64,000 bases of DNA, taken from contig NC_059425.1 in assembly GCF_021028975.2 (NCBI RefSeq), positions 172,794,001 through 172,858,000 of the forward strand, in the 5' to 3' direction. The notes beneath the pieces are model-generated. The model was given only the letters and a program-made list of their open reading frames with translations, had not been told where the DNA came from and searched no databases. Of this stretch, positions 1 through 64,000 are shown one piece after another; positions within the stretch are counted from its first letter, which is position 1, and every line of letters begins with the position of its first letter. This DNA comes from Sphaerodactylus townsendi (Eukaryota). The position numbers were made by a program, and so were the translations under genes.

Positions 1-70
1 GCGGCCGCGCGTGTCTCTTTCCGTGCCTGTTCCTTGCCGCGGCCTCAGTCTCGTTGCCAACGCCGCTGCC

Positions 71-25909
<25,839 letters not shown>

Positions 25910-26529
25910 TTCAGTCTAGTGCAGACTGGAACAGAAAGAGGAGGCGGGTGTTTTGAAGCTTGGGAGCCAGAGGACCTTCCTGGGCAGATTTACGTCTTTA
26001 CTGTGTTTTTGCAGTATCCTATAATACTTTCATAAATGTATACATTAGTGATGTGTCTATTAGTGAAATCATCACCTGATTTGAAAGAGGAAGTTAATGC
26101 AGCGCAGCCCATCCCCGAGGGCCAGTGCCCTTTTTCAGGTACATCCACAGGATTCAACAAGCTCTTTACTCGGTATGGAGTAAAGCCGTGACTTCAGAAG
26201 GCTTGAGAAACGGTGTCCTGAGTTCAGGGGCGGGGCTTTGGATTCCTGACTGTTTCAAGTTCCACCCTGAGCGATGGATCCTCTGTTTTGGGAACGTATT
26301 TCTGTTTTCCGTGGGAAGGGATTGCAGTAGGGTCTGGATTCAGCTGTGGGAAGTGGATGTACACAGTGCTCAGGTCTAGCTTAGTATCCTTGCACCCAAG
26401 GAGGTGGGTCGCTTTAAAGCCGCCGAGGTTTGTAAACGAGGCCACGCTGAAGCGCCACTTACTGCTTGTCTAAGCTTTCTGTTCTAGCGGCTGTCTCATC
26501 TCTTCTTACAGGAAAACAGCTTCCCAATT

Positions 26530-26535
26530 AATAAA
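26530..26535 (+). terminator. HSPA9 polyadenylation signal
   Basis: AATAAA ~620 nt after the stop, followed by a GT/T-rich element (ctgtgtgttcttttatgt); second AATAAA at 26952. Confidence 0.7.
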
Positions 26536-26995
26536 AAATAATTCTTACTGGATCTGTGTGTTCTTTTATGTACGTTTTGATCCCACCCCCATAGAGTAAC
26601 TGTGATCGCGCAGAACTGGAGACCTCAGCTTGAGGTCGTTGGTTGGAGGATCTCTTTACAGCAGCATTCTTAACATGCTTTCCCGCTGCTCGGGACATCA
26701 GTTAACGCAGACAGCCCCAGAGCAAGCTAAGGGCTTCCCGTCCCAGTTCTTAAAAGTGTCAAATTCTTGATGCCTTTCCCGGCTGTGATTCAAAAAATCA
26801 TCTGAAACGTTGTTAATAGAAGCCTCTGCCCCTGCAGATCTGCTCCTATATAATTTGTAAGTCGCGACAGCCCAAGTGTGTTCATTAAGCTGAACAGTGA
26901 TTCTGTAGAAGAGATTGCTGTTGATAGTTAAGAAGGGACCTCCATTTTAAAAATAAAAGGTTCAAGAAAAAGCAATGGAATCAGATTTACTAGGG

Positions 26996-27480
26996 CAGTG
27001 GTGGCGAACCTATGGCACGGGTGCCAAAGGTGGCACTCGGAGCCCTCTCTGTGGGCACGCACACATAGAGTTCATCATGTGGGGGTGGAAAATCACCCCC
27101 CCACACACACACACATAAACACACCCATCTAGGCTGGCCTGGGCCACTAAGCACGATGTGTGCACACCGCGGTAACCAGGGAGGACTCGGCTGGCGGGCC
27201 TGGTGCCTGTGCTCTGAGTGGCTGCTGCCCGGGGGGTGGCGGCGCAGAGGAGGCAGGGATGCTAGAGAGGCACAGAGCGGTGCGCGCGGGACTTCCTGGA
27301 GGCTAGAGCAGGCTGGCCCCTGCTCAAGCAGGTGGGGCAGAGGAAGAGAGAGCCAACTGTTTTTTTCTAAACTAAAACCTCAGCATTCAGGTTAAATTGC
27401 CGGGTTGGCACTTTGCAATAAATAAGTGGGGTTTGGGTTGCAATTTGGGCACTCGGTCTCTAAAAGGTTTGCCATCACTG
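26996..27480 (-). mobile_element. Non-autonomous hAT element
   Basis: Reverse-complement homolog of 1339-1759; TSD tactaggg/tgctaggg. Confidence 0.85.
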
Positions 27481-28442
27481 TGCTAGGGAATAGGAAGGAG
27501 ACCGTGCTGGGAGAGGGGAGCAGTTTTTAGAGGTCTATCTGGCTGGAAGATGACTGGTGAATGGAATCTGTGAAATGGATCAAGCAGTGTCTTCTTTTGC
27601 GTTGGAGTCGGAATGCACACGCACCTGCTTTCTCATTAAAGTGTCCTCGCTTCATGGCAGGCGTTTTGTCAGATCATGCTGTGTGATGGAATCCTGCTTG
27701 GTGGCTCCCCTTTGGCACTCCAGATGTTATGGACTACAATTCCCATCAGCCCCTTCCAGCATGGCCAATTGGGCCAGGGGCTGATGGGAATTGTAGTCCA
27801 TAACATCTGGAGTGCCAAAGGTTCGCCACCACTGCACTATGTGATGCCAGGACCAGGTCAGGAAAGGTTACCTGTTTGCAAGCTTGGAGGAAGCAGAGGT
27901 TGGCGGCAAGAAGCTCGACTCGATTAACCTCAGTCTGATCCGACAACTCATTTTTTAAGGTTCTCACAGCCCATCACACATGAGCCCCAGGCAACTGCAC
28001 ATCCTATAAAGTTTGGAGAGACCTCAAGGGAAAGTTGTTATTGCTTAGATTTGTAAACCACCCTTTCCTGTTCATGCTCAGGGCAGTGTTCAACTTCTGA
28101 TAAAACAAAAAAATATATAAATAGTATAAAACTGACATTTTAAAACAGATACAAAACAATAGCGTGGGAATTCAGCAGCAGTGGGGAGGAAAGGGAGAGA
28201 ACAGGGCATAGTGGAGGAAGGGAAGGATTGTTGGCAGGTGTTATCCTCTTATTATTTTCTTCCCTGTAAAGCCTCTCTAAGAAGCCCTTTAGTCCACTAA
28301 AATATTTGACTGTCATTCCATTCACACACAAGAGATTTGACCCCCAAAAGCTTCGTCACTAAGGAGCTACTGGGCTCTTAATCACACACTGGTTCTAGCA
28401 TCAACCTGCTCCTCCCATATGGCTCAAAGACTTCATTTTTAA

Positions 28443-28736
28443 AGAGAAGAAGAGTTTGGATTCATACCCCCCCCCCTTTCTCTCCTGTGAGGAGACTCAA
28501 AGGGATTTACAGTCTCCTCGCCCCTCCACAAACACCCTGTGAAATGGGTGGGGCTGAGAGCGCTATGAAGAGCTGTGACTCGCCCAAGGTCACCCAGCTG
28601 GTGTGCATTGGGAGTGCACAGGCTAATCCAGTTCCCCAGATAAGCCTCCACAGCTCAAGTGGTAGAATGGGGAATCAAACTTGGTACTCCAGGCTAGAGT
28701 GTACCAGCTCTTAACCAGTATGCCACTGCTGCTCCT
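28443..28736 (-). mobile_element. Squam3-like SINE
   Basis: Antisense full-length copy. Confidence 0.85.
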
Positions 28737-29212
28737 AAAGAGCCCTATTAAGCTTCTGCTACAAACCACTGCAACTTTTTTAAAAAAAGAATTGCTGCTC
28801 TAGTACTACTTTGGTAAGTCCAGCAATTGCCAGTGTACGCAATAGGAGATAGGAAGTCAGCAGGCAAGGGTCGTTTCACCATCGGCGCCATTCGCCAGTG
28901 ATGAGTTTGGACCAGAGACTCAGATAGAAGCAATTGTGCTCAAAGTTGGTACATAGTTCCAGCTGTACTCTGAGGCCCTAAGGGGGAAGCTGGGTAAGTA
29001 ACCCTCAGGGACTCTTATAAGGCTCCCTGGCTCCAGCTTTTTAAACACAAATTATCACTTGTACATCACTTGTACCCCAGATCAGTGTAAAAAAGTGGCC
29101 AAACTGATCTGGCTTGAGATGAGAGTTACATTCATTTTGATGCTTGGAGGACATGTTCTCCACTTGCCCTGGCCTTCTGTTTAAGTGTAATCCCTATTTG
29201 GACTCTCTAGTT

Positions 29213-29347
29213 CACAGGTGTCAAACTCGTGGCCCTCCAGATGTTATGGACTACAGTTCCCATCATCCCCTGCCAGCATCATGCTGGCAGGTAATGATGG
29301 GAACTGTAGTCCATACCATCCGGAGGGACGCGAGTTTGACACCTATG
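29213..29347. mobile_element. Palindromic hAT MITE (CAGGTGTCAAAC subtype)
   Basis: Self-complementary; same core as the other MITEs. Confidence 0.8.
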
Positions 29348-30885
29348 AGTTCTGTAGAACCTCTATGCACGCAAGATTTAATTGCCCTTTTTAAAAATGT
29401 TGCTGGGTTGTCTACTAAAGATCCCTTTTTCAGATACGCTGTGTCCCCACCCCCTTTAGTCAGTAGACTGCTTGGTACCTATCCTTTTGCAATGCCTTTA
29501 TGAGCTCCAACTGAGACTGAATGGATTGTACCATGTTTTAATAAATGGTCCAGGTTTTCTCAAACAACTTTAAAAGTTATGCTCCTCTTAGAGGCCTCTG
29601 ATCCTCATTGGACTTATTTGGTTGATTGTTTCTTAGAGGCTACAGAGAAGAGTCGAAGGGAAGTGCTTTTACATATGGCTTTTTTAAGTTTTGTGGTTTT
29701 ATTGTTCAAGATCTTGGTCTATGAACGGGGAGGTAGAAAGTAAGTCAGCAGTGAATTTTGGTATGTTGTACCAGTGCTTGAAGACTGGCAACCTATTAAA
29801 GCAACCAAGGAAGAATATGCATTCATTCCATGGCACTTCTGTGATGTTTTGGATTAAATATTAATAATGTGTAGATGTGTGGTTCATGAAGTTGCTGTGA
29901 CAATACATGCACTGGAGTCAGTGTATGTGATAGACAACTTTTAACTGTGACTAGTGGGGTTGTTATGTATTTAAATGTTCCCATGTGCCTTTTGGCCCTC
30001 AGAAAACTTAAAAACATGTAGGTGATATTGATAAGACTACAGGTAATAATTAATATTTTACTGCACAATGGGATGAATGCTCATATTGTGCTTTACATAA
30101 AAAGCGCCAGGCATGATGCAGAATGGGGTCCCAATTTTGTAGGTACACAATAGGAAGCTTGCATCACAACATATGTACATAGTAGTCATAATGGCTGAAT
30201 ACATCCTCCATGTGCAACGTACCATAGTTCTGAATGGGGGGGGGAGTTGCTTTTTATGTGCCTTTTGTGAATTTAACTAGATACTATAAGCATGTGACTC
30301 TCATTGAAAACAGGATGCTTAATTAGAAAGGCTGTTAGTCACACCCTTTGGCTATGGCTCAATTGGAGTGCACAGAAGGTTCAGCATTCAGCAGGGATAT
30401 TTCTAAAAGGAAGCAGGTGTTAAAGCCTTTCTCTGGAGAGCAATGAGCCTACACAGTATCAAACAGGAGAATATATCGTCCTTTTCTTTCAACAGGAGTG
30501 ACCCAAAGCAGTTCTTATTTTCACAACAACTCTGCGATGTAGGTTGCGATGACATAGTGTTGGGATTGGGAAATTGTTGAGAGATTTGAGGGTGGAGTTT
30601 AGAGAGGATAGGGTTTGAATAGATAAGAGATCTCAACCACAGCGTCCACCCCTCAAAGCTGCCATTTTATCAAGGGGAACAGATCTACGTCGTCTGGAGA
30701 TCCCTCTGAATGGCACCAATGATATATTGGTATATACACTACTTGATATATCTATATATCGATATATACACTACATAATATACATGATACACTACATGAA
30801 TGACACCAATATATATAATTGGCGTCATTCATGTATATAATTCATACAGTGTATCATATAGTGTGTGTGTGTATGTATATACATA

Positions 30886-31011
30886 CATTTGACAATTTCC
30901 ACAAATTATATAACCGGAACAAATTATATGTCGTGTGTGTGTGTATGTATATACATACATACACGACATATAATTTGTTCCGGTTATATAATTTGTGGAA
31001 ATTGTCAAATG
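30886..31011. repeat. Perfect 51-bp inverted repeat with palindromic AT/GT spacer
   Basis: 30886-30936 is the exact reverse complement of 30961-31011. Confidence 0.95.
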
Positions 31012-31559
31012 CACCATTCTAACTACGCTGACTAGGGATATGGCCCCATTGAACTCAAGGGGATTTACTTCTAGGCGGTTAGGACCCACCCTCCACTCTA
31101 GCTGCCTGCGTAACCTGACACATAATTTTAGCATCTGCAAAATGCGTCTCCAACGCAGGGCGCGCTCCGAGCTTGCATTGGCGTCACCCCGCCCTACGAA
31201 ACTCTCTTCGCCTCATGGGATCCGCACGCATTCCCAAAAAAGGTGCGCCTGTCCCTTTTAAACCCGACGCAATCTGACGCAATTCGCGCCGCTCCGGACC
31301 ACGCGAGAGCCCGCACATCCGCCCTGGGCGACCCCGGGAGGCAGAAAACTACAACTCCCGCCGCGCCTGACGCGCCGGGTTTCCGGAGAACGCGGAAGAG
31401 GGAAAGCCGTCCGACGGAGCGAGCCAATGAGAGACGGATAAGTGGCCGGAAGGCGACGCCTGCGCCTCACGCACGCCGACGCGGCTGCTCTTATTAAAAA
31501 AAAAAGGTACCGGAAGTGATATCAGAAGCCCCATGTGAGGTGATTGCAACACATGCAGC

Positions 31560-31713
31560 GCGGAGGAGAGGCGAGGGAGCGCGCCGGAGGGAGGGGGAAG
31601 GAAGGAGGAAGCCGGTGAGCGACGTCACAGGCGCCGTCGCCAGGAGCCCCTGCGCTGCCGTCCCGGGAAGGGGAGCCGCGGAGCGGGAGGCGGAGGCCGC
31701 CGCCGGGCCTGAG
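31560..31713 (+). other. ETF1: ETF1 non-coding exon 1 (5' end approximate)
   Basis: Strong donor GAG|GTGAGC at 31714 upstream of the ATG-containing exon. Confidence 0.6.
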
Positions 31714-31867
31714 GTGAGCGGCGAAGGGGACCGGGAAGGGGACGGCGCGGGCCGGCCTCACCGGGTGCCCGTCGGCTGGCGACCGGGGGTGGGGAAGGCG
31801 GCGGCGGCGGCGCTGCTGCCCCGCGCGAGGGAAGTAGGGACCGGGGAGAAGCTTTTCCTCGCGTTGA

Positions 31868-62975
<31,108 letters not shown>

Positions 62976-63499
62976 TAGATGTAGAGAGTGCTGGCAGCTG
63001 AGGGTTCAGAGTCTTTGCTTAATGTACCTCACAGGTTCATTGTGATTAGACAATGGTTGTGATACACATATGAGAAAATGGCTGTGATAATAAGCTCAAC
63101 TGGCAGCCCAGCCCTTATTATTCTCCTGCGTCTTCTAATGATTCCTGTATCTGCCAAATGTTTCTTGCAGGGATGTTTCATTTCTGTTCCTCTTAATGCA
63201 GCAGGAGTCGGGGATTGTAGCTTCCTTTCTCTGCTGACTTCCAAAAGCACATGCAGCCATAAGACCCGTTCAGCTGGCAGCAAGGGAATGGAAGCCCTTA
63301 TGTCTGATTACTTTCTGGCAGAGAAGTGAAAGGAATGGTTTAGGAAGAGCTGCTAGGCCGAGAAATGTCCTGCAGAGAGAAGACCAGACCAGCTTCTGTG
63401 GTGCTCCTTTCATCGCTGATCTTATCCCCCCATGAAGTTCACTGGCATAGGCCCACCTGTGGTTTTGAGAGTTCTTGATGTTGACACATCTTGTACTAG

Positions 63500-63763
63500 T
63501 GAGAGCACAGGTGGACTCTTAATCTGGAGAACCGGGTTTGATTCCCCACTCCTTCCACACAAGCATAAGACTCTAATCTGGTGAACCAGATTTGTTTTTC
63601 CACTCCTGCATTCCTGCTGGGGGACTTTGGGCTGTTCGCAGTTCTCTCAGAACTCTTGTCAGCCCCACCTACCTCACAAGGTGTCTGTTGTGGGGAGAGG
63701 AAGGGAAAGCTGCCTTGAGTCTCTTCCCAGGAGAGAAAGGCGGGGTATAAAATCTTCTCTTCT
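63500..63763 (+). mobile_element. Squam3-like SINE
   Basis: Sense copy with CTT tail. Confidence 0.8.
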
Positions 63764-63817
63764 TAGTGGGTGTGAACCAAATAATTTTTGACACGACAGG
63801 TTGGCAAGCTGCTAGGG

Positions 63818-63952
63818 CCTAGGTGTCAAAATCACGCTTCTCCAGATGTTATGGACTACAGTTCCCATCATCCCCTGCTAGCATCATGCTGGCAGGGAAT
63901 GATGGGAACTTTAGTCCATAACATCTGGAGGGCCGCGAGTTTGTCACCTGTG
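63818..63952. mobile_element. Palindromic hAT MITE
   Basis: Self-complementary; TSD tgctaggg. Confidence 0.85.
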
Positions 63953-64000
63953 TGCTAGGGGAAAGAGGGAGAGCTCTCTAAACTCTGTTCTGTATTGGAG

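Overview
Vertebrate genomic DNA; the repeat content (Squam3-like and Sauria SINEs, CR1, Penelope, DIRS, hAT MITEs) points to a squamate, probably a gecko (inference). Two housekeeping genes lie in tandem on the + strand, in the same order and orientation as human 5q31. HSPA9 (mortalin) is complete: 17 coding exons, 71..25909, 665 aa, one GC-AG intron, and SNORD63 in intron 13. ETF1 (eRF1) has a CpG-island promoter at ~31.2-32.1 kb, a non-coding exon 1 and coding exons 2-9, and continues past the window. Most ORF-track entries are spurious or transposon-derived. The notable non-genic structure is: ~15 palindromic Buster-type hAT MITEs carrying ZNF143/THAP11-like motifs; an internally deleted DIRS retroelement with intact ITR/ICR architecture; a Penelope-derived hairpin with two decayed hammerhead cores; a templated insertion at a MITE hairpin tip; and two long near-perfect inverted repeats near or in ETF1. 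No wholly new system can be proven from sequence alone. Comparisons with human sequences and named repeat families are from memory, not from database searches.
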